From the NCBI GenBank assembly GCA_965221775.1, contig CBDCSU010000004.1:448001-512000 (forward strand): a DNA stretch of 64,000 bases, given 5' to 3'. Positions 52,988 through 61,568 of this stretch are shown one piece after another. Numbering within the stretch: the first letter of the stretch is position 1; every line of letters begins with the position of its first letter. The notes under the pieces are model-generated. The model had not been told where the DNA came from and did not search any database. It saw nothing but the letters and a program-made list of their open reading frames with translations. The translations under genes were made by a program, and so were the position numbers. The stretch comes from Candidatus Latescibacterota bacterium (GTDB lineage: Bacteria > Latescibacterota > UBA2968 > UBA8231).

Positions 52988-54244
52988 CTATCTCCCCGGG
53001 TCCACGGCCACCTGCACGATGGAGCTAAACCCGGTGAGGCGGGCCCGGTACGTCAACCCCCCGAGGGTGATCTTGCTGAGCTCGGTCTCTGCCGCCACCC
53101 AGAGCTGCTGGTTGACGCCGTCGATCACGACCCCCCTGCCGGCCTCGGCCTCCGGCCAGTGCAGGAGCGCCCCGCCGTCGGGCGGCAGGGCGGCGATGCC
53201 GTCCTCCCCGGCGATCCAGAGATCCCCCGTCGTCGAGTCCACGTCCATGTGGCGCGCCGGGGCGAAAGGCAGCTCCCGCTCCTGGCGGCCGCTCTCCGGC
53301 AGGAGTCGAAGGAGGCGGTTGCCGCCCGCGATCAGGACCCACGCCTGGCAGCACTCGCCGGCCACCGGATCGACGTCGACGATCCCCTCCAGGCCGTGCC
53401 ACTCGCCGAGGCGGACGCCGGCGGCGTCGACGTGCAGGACGCGTCCGCCGGGCCCGTCAGCCACCCAGAGGCTGCCCGCTGCTCCCAGGACGAGACCGAC
53501 CGAGTCGGAGAAGGCGGCGTCGAGCTCCACCAGGGGCAGGGTGTCGCCGAGGGCGGCCACCGGGAACCGGTAGACCCGGCGGCCGTCGGCGGCGACCGCC
53601 CAGCCGGTCCGCCCCTCGGGGTCGATGACCGTGGCTCCCGCCTCCTCCACGGCCGATTCCACGGGGTGGACGTCGCCGTCCTCGGTGATCCGGTAGAGCC
53701 CGATGGAGCCGTCGCCCACCCAGCAGTCGCCGGTCTCGCCGTCGATGGCGATCGCCGACAGGGACGGGAAGTACCCCCGGGCGAAGAGGCCCTGGCGTCC
53801 GTCGGGAGTCAGCCGCCAGACGAGACCGCTGCCGCCGTCGGCCACCCAGACCCGCTCGGGGCCGGGGGTGGCCAGGTGCTCGCCGGCGATGGCCAGCTCC
53901 GGCTCCCCGGTCACCTCGAGGGCGATGCGGTAGCTGTAGAGGCGGCCGTTGGTCACCGACCGGTCGACGAAGCTGGTGTCCGCGGCCGGCAGTTCCCGCG
54001 TCAGGGTGCTGTCGCCGCTCTGCCGGTAGAGGCGCACGGCGCGCACGTCCTCGAAGCGCGTGAAGTCCCAGCGCAGCTCGACCTGTCCGTCGCCGGCCAG
54101 GGCCCGCAGAGGGCTGGCCAGGTCCAGGGGCTCGGAGGCGCCGGCATCCAGCGGGTTCCGCCGCGAGCGGTCGGCGCAGGACAGGACCACCAGCGCCGCC
54201 AGGGCGAGGCCCGCCGCGGGCAGCCGGAGGCGTCTCGGGATCAT
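52988..54244 (-). CDS. Lipoprotein with fibronectin-III-like and beta-propeller (NHL-like) regions
   Basis: LVVLSC followed by RRNPLD; VELRW..LYR..FVDRSV.NGRLYSY; repeated WVAD/WIA motifs. Confidence 0.65.
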   Translation of the reverse strand: MIPRRLRLPAAGLALAALVVLSCADRSRRNPLDAGASEPLDLASPLRALAGDGQVELRWDFTRFEDVRAVRLYRQSGDSTLTRELPAADTSFVDRSVTNGRLYSYRIALEVTGEPELAIAGEHLATPGPERVWVADGGSGLVWRLTPDGRQGLFARGYFPSLSAIAIDGETGDCWVGDGSIGLYRITEDGDVHPVESAVEEAGATVIDPEGRTGWAVAADGRRVYRFPVAALGDTLPLVELDAAFSDSVGLVLGAAGSLWVADGPGGRVLHVDAAGVRLGEWHGLEGIVDVDPVAGECCQAWVLIAGGNRLLRLLPESGRQERELPFAPARHMDVDSTTGDLWIAGEDGIAALPPDGGALLHWPEAEAGRGVVIDGVNQQLWVAAETELSKITLGGLTYRARLTGFSSIVQVAVDPGR

Positions 54245-54258
54245 CTCTCTTGCGACCT

Positions 54259-54771
54259 TCAGAAGAACACGAGGCAGGCGGTGAGCACGACCCCGGCTTC
54301 CATGGCCAGGAAGGCCGCCCCGGCGATGCGGTCGTAGCGCTCGGCCCGTTCGAAGGCCTGCTGCTGGCGCCGGGCGCCCGCGGAGCGCAGGTAGCGGTCG
54401 TACGCGGCGTCCGCCTCGCCGGTGCTCCACCAGCCGACGGCGGCTCCGGCGACGGCCACGGCCGCGGTGGCCGCCAGGGCCGGCCGCCAGGACCTCTCCG
54501 GCCGCGGCGGCGGATTCGTCTGCACCCGCTGTTGCGAGAGAGGCTCCCCGGCCATCAGGGGAGACGCCATCGGCGGTCCGGGTCCGAGCCGCGCTCGCAA
54601 GAGGCCGGGCTCGAGGGGCCGCGCGCCTTCCGCCTGCGAACCCGCCCACAGCACCGGGAGGGCCATCGAGCCCCCCCGCCATGGCCCGTCGCCCTGTGGA
54701 CGGGGACCCGGCCCAGGGGCGGCCAGGGCCGCCGCGCCCGAGAGCAGGATCACCATCGCCAGCCGCCCCAT
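54259..54771 (-). CDS. Hypothetical exported/membrane protein
   Basis: Signal-like N-terminus; two hydrophobic helices around ADAAYDRY; fills the operon gap. Confidence 0.55.
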   Translation of the reverse strand: MGRLAMVILLSGAAALAAPGPGPRPQGDGPWRGGSMALPVLWAGSQAEGARPLEPGLLRARLGPGPPMASPLMAGEPLSQQRVQTNPPPRPERSWRPALAATAAVAVAGAAVGWWSTGEADAAYDRYLRSAGARRQQQAFERAERYDRIAGAAFLAMEAGVVLTACLVFF

Positions 54772-54772
54772 C

Positions 54773-55969
54773 TCATCTCCCCCGGAACAGGTAGAGGGTG
54801 CCGGCGTCGCTCGTCACCGCCAGCCGCCGGCCGCTCACGGCGACGGAGGTCAGCACGGGCCCGTCGAGGGCATAGCGCCAGCGGCCCACGCCCCCGTCTC
54901 CGTCGACGGCATGGAGAACGCTGCCTCCCGAGCCGATGTAGAGGGTACTCGCCGTGCCCACGGCCGGGGCGCGGACGACACCCCCGGTCTCGAAGCGCCA
55001 GCGCTGCCCGCCGCTCTCCGGGTCGAAGGCGTAGAGGGCGCGATCGCTCGAGCCCAGGGCGAGGACCCCGGCGCCGCGGCTCAGGCCCTCGGCGGGGAGC
55101 CCGTTCACCCGGGCCGTCCACAGCGTCGAGCCGTCCTCGGCCCCCAGGGCGTGGACGGCGCCGTCGGCCGTGGCCGCCCAGAGGCGGCCGGCCCCGGCGT
55201 CGATGGCCGGACGGGTGCGAACGGCGGCGCCCAGCGAGCGGCGCCAGAGGACCCCGCCGCCGTCGGCGGAGGCGGCCACCAACTCGCCCGTGGAGTCGCC
55301 CGCGTAGACGGTCCCGCCGCCGACGCTGGCGGCGCTCAGCAGGCGGCCGGGCACCTCGACTTCCCAGAGGAGGCGGCCGCCCTCCGGCGCCAGCGCCTCC
55401 AGGCGGCCCGACTCCACGGCGGAATACACCCGGCCGCCGGCGACCGCCGGCGGGGCGCAGACCTGGCCGGGCCGGCGCCAGACGGTCTCGCCCGAGGCCC
55501 GGTGCACGGCGTGGAGGCCGGCGCCACCGCCGGTCATGGCCATCAGCAGCAGTTCCCCGCGCCCGCCGGCGAGGGCGGCGGCGGCGCACAGGGGCCGGTC
55601 CAGGCGCCGGCGGCCGACCCGGGTGCCGGTGGCCAGATCGAAGACGACGACATCGGTCTCCCGGGTCAGCTGCAGCACCAGCGGTCCGGCGATCAGGGGC
55701 CCGCCGAGGGGCGCTCCCCCCACGGCCTGCCGCCACACCAAGGAGAGCGGCGGCTCCGGACCCTCGGCCGCGGCGTGGAGCCCGTCGGGGGACCCGCCCT
55801 GCTGCACCCAGGCCGGACCGGCGCCGCCGTCCCAGGGCGCGAAGAGGTTCCCGGGGCCGCAGCCGCAGAGGGCGGCCAGCAGCCACGGCCCCCCCCACCG
55901 GAGGAGCGGTCCGGGCCCGGGGGCCGGGTCAGTAATCCCAGCCGAAGAAGAAGTCCCAGCGCGTGTCAC
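54773..55969 (-). CDS. PQQ-like beta-propeller repeat lipoprotein (BamB-like)
   Basis: LCGC lipobox; repeated L.ALD...G...W blades; start uncertain. Confidence 0.8.
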   Translation of the reverse strand: MTRAGTSSSAGITDPAPGPGPLLRWGGPWLLAALCGCGPGNLFAPWDGGAGPAWVQQGGSPDGLHAAAEGPEPPLSLVWRQAVGGAPLGGPLIAGPLVLQLTRETDVVVFDLATGTRVGRRRLDRPLCAAAALAGGRGELLLMAMTGGGAGLHAVHRASGETVWRRPGQVCAPPAVAGGRVYSAVESGRLEALAPEGGRLLWEVEVPGRLLSAASVGGGTVYAGDSTGELVAASADGGGVLWRRSLGAAVRTRPAIDAGAGRLWAATADGAVHALGAEDGSTLWTARVNGLPAEGLSRGAGVLALGSSDRALYAFDPESGGQRWRFETGGVVRAPAVGTASTLYIGSGGSVLHAVDGDGGVGRWRYALDGPVLTSVAVSGRRLAVTSDAGTLYLFRGR

Positions 55970-58748
55970 CGTCCACCGATCGGAAGTCGGTCCGCCGCGA
56001 GGCGTCGAGCCGAAAGACGAAGAAACCCCCCAGGCCGATGCGGGCGCCCAGGCCGAAGCTGCCCTTCCAGTCCCCGAAGCGGTCGTTCCAGGCGTTGCCG
56101 GCGTCGGCGAAGAGGGCGCCCCTCAGAGCGGAGAAGGCGATGCTGCCGAAGGGGAAACCGAGGACGAAGCGATCGAGCAGCGGGTAGCGGAGCTCGTGGT
56201 TCAGCAACACGAGGTTGCTCCCCCACAGGGACCGGAACCCGTACCCCCGCAAGGTCCAGCTGCCGCCGAGGGACCAGAACTCGGGTACGTCGCCGCGGCT
56301 GTGGCGGCCCATGTAGCGCACCGCCAGGCAGGTACGCGGGCTGAGGCGCAGGTAGTGGCGGTAGTCGCCGTACAAGGTGGTGTTGAAGGGGCGCGAGCTG
56401 CGTACGTCGATCGTCTGTCCGGCGCCGAGGCTGAAGCGGGACCCCTCCATCGGGCCCGTGGGGATCCACAGGCTGTTGTCGTGGGTGAAGGTCAGGTGGT
56501 TCGACATGAGCCACCCCGTGAGCCGGCGGCCCTCGAACTGCCGGTCGATGTCGGCGTGGCGGGCCGTGAACCGGAGATCGACGCGGTCGTGGCGGTTGAA
56601 GGGGTAGCTCAGCTCCGCCCATCCTCCGGTGCGCTTCTCGCGCACGGCGCGCCCGAAGCGGCCGCTGAGGCGGTCGTTCAGGTGGAACAGGCCCCAGTCG
56701 ACGTTGAGCTGACGGGCCAGGTGCTGCCGGCCGAGGAGGAAGTTGAGCCCGTCGAGGATACCGCTCCGGGACCCGGAGATGTGGGACAGGACGAAGTAGT
56801 AGCGCTCGTCGCCGAGGACATCGCTCAGCCCCACCTGAACGCCGCCGGAGGTGCCGAAGACGGGGTCCTGCGAGATCTGGCTCTGGGCCACGTCCAGGGA
56901 GAGCCGGCGCTTGTAGGTGCGGCGGCTGACCGCCGCCCGGTCCGGCAGTCCCGCCAGGTTCCAGGGGCCGGCCGCTCCCGTCGGCGCAAAGGCCGTGGAG
57001 TCGATGCCGGCGGGATCCGGGCGCAGGCGGTAGATCTGGAACCCCCCGGCCTCGAACCCGGTGAGCAGCAGCTCCTCCCCGTCCGGCATCCAGGCGGGAT
57101 CGAAGAGGCCGGTGAGGGCGCTCGTCAGCCGCCTCCGGCCCACCGGCTCCACGACTCCGGCGGAGTCGCGCAGGGTCAGGGCGTGGAGGTCGAAGTACCC
57201 GCGGCGGTCGGAGCTGAAGGCGAGCCTCTCCCCGTCGGGGGACCAGGCCGGCTGCAGGTCCCGGTGCTCACCCGAGGTCAGCGGCCTCACGCCGCCGCTG
57301 CCGAGGTCGAGGGTGAAGAGATGCTGCCAGCCGCCGGTCTCCGGAGCCGAGGCGCGGTCGGAGCTGAAGGCCAGCAGGTCGAGCCGCGGGTGCCAGTCGG
57401 GATCGCTGTCGAGGCACTGATCGTCGGTCAGCTCGGTCAGGGCGCCGGTGGCGAGATCGAGCAGAAAGAGGTCGGTGGAGCCGCCGCGGCGGGCGCCGGA
57501 GAAGGCGATCCGGCCGCCCCCGGGAGACCAGGTCGGCGACGACAGGGCCACCAGCTCCTCGAAGGTGAACCGCTGCCGGCGCCGCCCCTCCTCCAGGTCC
57601 CACAGGATCAGGTGGTCGCGGCCGTTGCGCTTGGCCACGAAGGCCAGCACCCGGCCGTCGGGCGACACGTCGAGACTGGTGCGCAGGGGATGGAGGGACT
57701 CGTACTCGGGCTCGCGCTCGCCGGCCATCACCAGGCGGTGCCCGCCGCCGCCGACGCGGGACCGGGCGATGGTGGTATAGCCCTGGTCGTTGCGGAAGAA
57801 CACGAAGGAGACGGAGTCGGCTGGCAGCTGGCGGCCCGAGGGCGGGGGGATGACCGCCGCCTTCAGGTTGTATCCGGTGCGCGTGAGCGGGTCCGCCAGG
57901 CGCCCCGGCGGCTCACCCTCGTCGATGTCGGGCAGGTAGTCCTTCTGCATGCGGTAGACCCAGGCCGCGTCGAGATCGGCCAGGCTCTCGCCGGTGGTGG
58001 CCTCGAAGACGCGGCCGAACTCCTCGCCGCGCCACCAGTTGTCCAGCAGCCGGGCGAAGACGTCCTCGCCGTAGCGCTCGGCCATGAGGTGGCAGATCGA
58101 CTCGCCTTCCTTGTACATCTGGAAGGTGCCGTGGATCCGGTGCATCCGGGCGATGGGGGCCAGGCGGCCGCTGAACATGGCGTCGCGCAGGATCATGTGG
58201 GCATAGCTGTCCTGGGCACCGGAGAGGTACTCGGCGAGCCCCTCGGAGAACCAGAGGGGGCCGAACCAGACGTCGGCGGAGCCGCGGCCGCGCAGGACCG
58301 TGCGGATGCGGTCGAACATGAAGACGTGGACCAGCTCGTGGTGCAGGACCCGCTCGAAGTCGGCGTAGGAGCCGCTCAGGGGCAGGGCCACCCGCCCCTT
58401 GAGGAACTCCGTGAAGCCGGCCACCCCCTCCGGGAGCAGGCCCGGCATGATGTTGGTCTGCTCGAAGTAGACGTGGGAGGAGTAGACGATGAGCGGCACC
58501 CGGCGGCGCACGGTGTGGGCGAGGCGGCGCTCCAGGCGGCGGAAGCCCTCCTCCGCCATGCGCGCCGCGATCGACGCCAGCTCCTCCTCCTCCGGATAGA
58601 AGTAGACGTCGAAGTGCTCGGTCTCCATCCGCTGCCAGGCGAGCTCGTCGTGCTGGACCTTGTTCTTGCCGAAGCGGTAGGGCTGGGCCCCGGCCGTTGC
58701 CGCCGCCAGCAGGACCGACGCCAGCAGCGCCGTCAGAGCGCGGGACAA
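55929..58748 (-). CDS. Omp85/BamA-TamA family protein with N-terminal zinc-peptidase-like domain and PD40/TolB propeller
   Basis: FGKNKVQ, HHELVH and WFSEGLAEY, PD40 repeats (SPTWSPGG, QPAWSPDG, DPAWMPDG), LGGSWTLRGY, C-terminal FFFGWDY. TTG start estimated. Confidence 0.85.
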   Translation of the reverse strand: MSRALTALLASVLLAAATAGAQPYRFGKNKVQHDELAWQRMETEHFDVYFYPEEEELASIAARMAEEGFRRLERRLAHTVRRRVPLIVYSSHVYFEQTNIMPGLLPEGVAGFTEFLKGRVALPLSGSYADFERVLHHELVHVFMFDRIRTVLRGRGSADVWFGPLWFSEGLAEYLSGAQDSYAHMILRDAMFSGRLAPIARMHRIHGTFQMYKEGESICHLMAERYGEDVFARLLDNWWRGEEFGRVFEATTGESLADLDAAWVYRMQKDYLPDIDEGEPPGRLADPLTRTGYNLKAAVIPPPSGRQLPADSVSFVFFRNDQGYTTIARSRVGGGGHRLVMAGEREPEYESLHPLRTSLDVSPDGRVLAFVAKRNGRDHLILWDLEEGRRRQRFTFEELVALSSPTWSPGGGRIAFSGARRGGSTDLFLLDLATGALTELTDDQCLDSDPDWHPRLDLLAFSSDRASAPETGGWQHLFTLDLGSGGVRPLTSGEHRDLQPAWSPDGERLAFSSDRRGYFDLHALTLRDSAGVVEPVGRRRLTSALTGLFDPAWMPDGEELLLTGFEAGGFQIYRLRPDPAGIDSTAFAPTGAAGPWNLAGLPDRAAVSRRTYKRRLSLDVAQSQISQDPVFGTSGGVQVGLSDVLGDERYYFVLSHISGSRSGILDGLNFLLGRQHLARQLNVDWGLFHLNDRLSGRFGRAVREKRTGGWAELSYPFNRHDRVDLRFTARHADIDRQFEGRRLTGWLMSNHLTFTHDNSLWIPTGPMEGSRFSLGAGQTIDVRSSRPFNTTLYGDYRHYLRLSPRTCLAVRYMGRHSRGDVPEFWSLGGSWTLRGYGFRSLWGSNLVLLNHELRYPLLDRFVLGFPFGSIAFSALRGALFADAGNAWNDRFGDWKGSFGLGARIGLGGFFVFRLDASRRTDFRSVDGDTRWDFFFGWDY

Positions 58749-58750
58749 GG

Positions 58751-59830
58751 TCAGCCCTCCTGCAGGTAGCCGCCGAAGGCGCCGCCCCGGGCGAGGGGGC
58801 GCCGCAGGCGGATGCGCCGGCCCGCCTCGACCCCGTGGTCGAAGGCTTCGCTGGCGGCCACCCCCGAGGACCTGCGGGTGACGACGCGCGGATTGTGGTA
58901 CCGGTACCAGGCCCGGAGACGGGCATCCCCCTTCCACACGAGCTCGGCGGAGGCGGCGCTCGCCGTGCGGCTGCGCTCCCTGCGGTCGAGCTGCTCGTGG
59001 AAGCCCTGCAGCAGGCCGGTCCAGTAGCCCATGCGCTCGCGGTTGCCCGTGAGGCTCCGCCGCCGGCGGTAGTCGTCCCACAGGGAGCGCAGCACCTGGG
59101 TGAGGTATGCGTGCACGTACTCGGCCATGTCCACGTTCGCCGGAGTGCCGTAGACCTCCAGCACCGTGCCCTCCAGGTCGCGCCGGGCGGCGTAGCTGCG
59201 CGCCCACAGGACCTCGACGAAGAAGAAGTCGTTGAGGATCATGGCCAGCCACAGCTCCCAGGAGACGTGGCGGCCCTTCACCGGACCCAGGCGCCGGCGG
59301 GTGAAGGAGCGCCCGCCATCGGCCTCGACGAGCTCGACGTTGTACTTCAGCAGCAGCCGGCGGGCCTTCTCCATGGCCGCCCGCGCCTCGTTCTCGTTCG
59401 GCGACCCGGCCAGGGAGAGGAGCTTCTTCACGCGGGACACGACGCCCGCCTCGGCGGCCTCCGGACCCGCGCCGGAGGTCCGCGAAGTCGCCCGGGGCTC
59501 GCAGCGCAGGCGCCGGCAGGCCTCGCGGAAAGCCGGTCCGTGGGGCGGCTCGTCTCCGGCCTTCAGGACCTCGCCGGCGTACTGGTGAGCCATCTCGTGG
59601 CGCAGGGTCTCCATCACCTCGATCCAGGGGTCGTCGAGGATGTGTCGGCGGCTGATGGTGAGCGTGCGCAGCGCCGGGTCCCACGAGCCGAGTCGGGAGA
59701 CGCCTTCGCCGAGGCGGATCTGGGGGCGGCGCAGGGCCTGGCGCAGGTACTCGTGGTCGTAGTGCTCCCACCATCGGTAGAGGGCGCGGACCCAGGCGCC
59801 GTTCAAGTCCCGGGGAGCGGAGACGGACAT
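58751..59830 (-). CDS. SprT-like metalloprotease fused to DUF2786
   Basis: TLRHEMAHQ, HGPAFREAC, RVKKLLSLAGSPNENEARAAMEKARRLLLKYN. Confidence 0.82.
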   Translation of the reverse strand: MSVSAPRDLNGAWVRALYRWWEHYDHEYLRQALRRPQIRLGEGVSRLGSWDPALRTLTISRRHILDDPWIEVMETLRHEMAHQYAGEVLKAGDEPPHGPAFREACRRLRCEPRATSRTSGAGPEAAEAGVVSRVKKLLSLAGSPNENEARAAMEKARRLLLKYNVELVEADGGRSFTRRRLGPVKGRHVSWELWLAMILNDFFFVEVLWARSYAARRDLEGTVLEVYGTPANVDMAEYVHAYLTQVLRSLWDDYRRRRSLTGNRERMGYWTGLLQGFHEQLDRRERSRTASAASAELVWKGDARLRAWYRYHNPRVVTRRSSGVAASEAFDHGVEAGRRIRLRRPLARGGAFGGYLQEG

Positions 59831-59892
59831 GAGGGGGCGGTCTCGGCGGGTGGCTCAGGGCCGCGGGCGGCGGGCTCCGGCGCCGGGGCCCG

Positions 59893-60762
59893 TCATCGCA
59901 GGCTCTCGACGAACGCCGGGGCCAGGCGGCCGCTGGCCACTTCCTCCACGGCTCCGCGCATGGTCAGGCCGAAGCCCGGGTCCACGTCGATGTGGAGGGT
60001 GCCGCCCTCGGCCTTCACCGCCACCGGCGCCTTCACCAGACCCAGGCGGACCGCGGCGGCGGCGGCGGCGCAGGAGGAGGAGCCCGAGGCCAGGGTCTCG
60101 CCGGCGCCGCGTTCCCAGATGAGGATGTGGAGCGAGCGGGGGCCGATGGGGATGGCCAGTTGAACGTTGGTCCGGCGCGGGAAGATCTCGTGGTTCTCGA
60201 GGGCGGGTCCCAGGGTGAGCAGCTCCTCCCGCGTCCACGGCTGACCGCGGCCACGGAAGAGGACGCAGTGGGGGTTGCCGACGCTGACCCCCGTGAAGAG
60301 CAGCTCCCGGCCGGCGGCGGTCACGGGCTGCTCGATGAGCTCCTCCACGCGCAGGCTGCAGGGCAGGGCCGAGGGACGGAAGGTGGCGCCCCCCATCTCC
60401 ACCGTGGCGGCGCTGGCGTACCCGGAGGCGTCCAGGTGCAGCTCGATGGCCACCCGCCCGCCCCGGGTCTCCACCGTGAAGCGGCGTCGGCGGGTGCGGC
60501 GCGTGGCGTGGAGGTAACGGGCGAAGATGCGCAGGCCGTTGCCCGACTTCTCGGCCTCCGAGCCGTCGGGGTTGTAGATGCGCACGCCGAAGTCGGCTGT
60601 CCGCGACGGCGCCAGGGCGAGGATGCCGTCGCTGCCGACGCCCCGGTGGCGGTCGCAGATCGCCCGGATCCGCCGCGGGGTGAGGGAGATGTCGAGCTCG
60701 GCCGGGTCCAGGGCGATGTAGTCGTTGCCCAGGCCGTGGCCCTTGAAGAACCCGTTCCTCAT
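59893..60762 (-). CDS. dapF: Diaminopimelate epimerase
   Basis: FFKGHGLGNDY, DRHRGVGSDG, NPDGSEAEKSGNGLR, SVGNPHCV, WERGAGETLASGSS. Confidence 0.9.
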   Translation of the reverse strand: MRNGFFKGHGLGNDYIALDPAELDISLTPRRIRAICDRHRGVGSDGILALAPSRTADFGVRIYNPDGSEAEKSGNGLRIFARYLHATRRTRRRRFTVETRGGRVAIELHLDASGYASAATVEMGGATFRPSALPCSLRVEELIEQPVTAAGRELLFTGVSVGNPHCVLFRGRGQPWTREELLTLGPALENHEIFPRRTNVQLAIPIGPRSLHILIWERGAGETLASGSSSCAAAAAAVRLGLVKAPVAVKAEGGTLHIDVDPGFGLTMRGAVEEVASGRLAPAFVESLR

Positions 60763-60784
60763 CCTCTGCCGGCTCGACGGCGCC

Positions 60785-61453
60785 TCAGAAGCGCAGTCTC
60801 AACTCGGCCAGCCGAAGGGGGCGGTCCCTGGCCGCGGCCTCGTCGAGGAGCAGCTCCGGCTCCCGCTCCTGGTGCACGGCGTTGGCCGCCCGCACCTGGT
60901 CCCGCAGATGGAACAGGGAGGCGACCTTGGTCCAGGCCAGCAGTGGGATCCAGCCCGCCGCTCCGCTCCGCCCGGTGGCCCACGCCGTACCTCCGGCGAT
61001 GGCCGTGACCCCGACCATGGCGTATCCCTGGCCGTACTCGCCGGCGTAGAAGTAGCCGAACCCCGGCAGCACGGCCTCGATGGCGACGGCGAGGCCCGTC
61101 CACTTCGGAGGCCGGTACGGCGCCATCTGCCGAGGGATCCGGTGGACGCCGATCTCGCGGGCCGAGCGGATGTGGGCCAGCGGATAGGCGGCGGGCCGTA
61201 GCTGCAGGGGGCCGATGACCTCCTGCACGCTCACCGTGTCGGCGCCCAGGGTCTCCACGCGGACCTGCCGCATGGCCCCGGCCTCGAGGGTGATCTCGCC
61301 CCAGAGCCCCTCGCTCTGCAGCCGCTCCAGGACCGGACGCACCTGCTCCTCCCCGAAAGCAGCCGGGGCCCCGAGGGCCAGGGCCAGGAGCCCGGCGAGG
61401 ATCGCGGATCGAATCCCTTCCATCCCGTTCATATGGTCTCCCTTTTCCATCAT
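60785..61453 (-). CDS. Hypothetical exported membrane protein
   Basis: Signal peptide; TM2-like motif LPGFGYFYAGEYGQG. Confidence 0.6.
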   Translation of the reverse strand: MMEKGDHMNGMEGIRSAILAGLLALALGAPAAFGEEQVRPVLERLQSEGLWGEITLEAGAMRQVRVETLGADTVSVQEVIGPLQLRPAAYPLAHIRSAREIGVHRIPRQMAPYRPPKWTGLAVAIEAVLPGFGYFYAGEYGQGYAMVGVTAIAGGTAWATGRSGAAGWIPLLAWTKVASLFHLRDQVRAANAVHQEREPELLLDEAAARDRPLRLAELRLRF

Positions 61454-61568
61454 TCGAGTTTACGGGCTGCCCCGCGAAGGGTGCAAGTGGAGGCCCGTCC
61501 CGCGGAAGTTCCCTCGTGGCCCTCGGGCCGCCTGTCTCCCCCTCCGGCACCTGCCTATCTTGGCGCCG

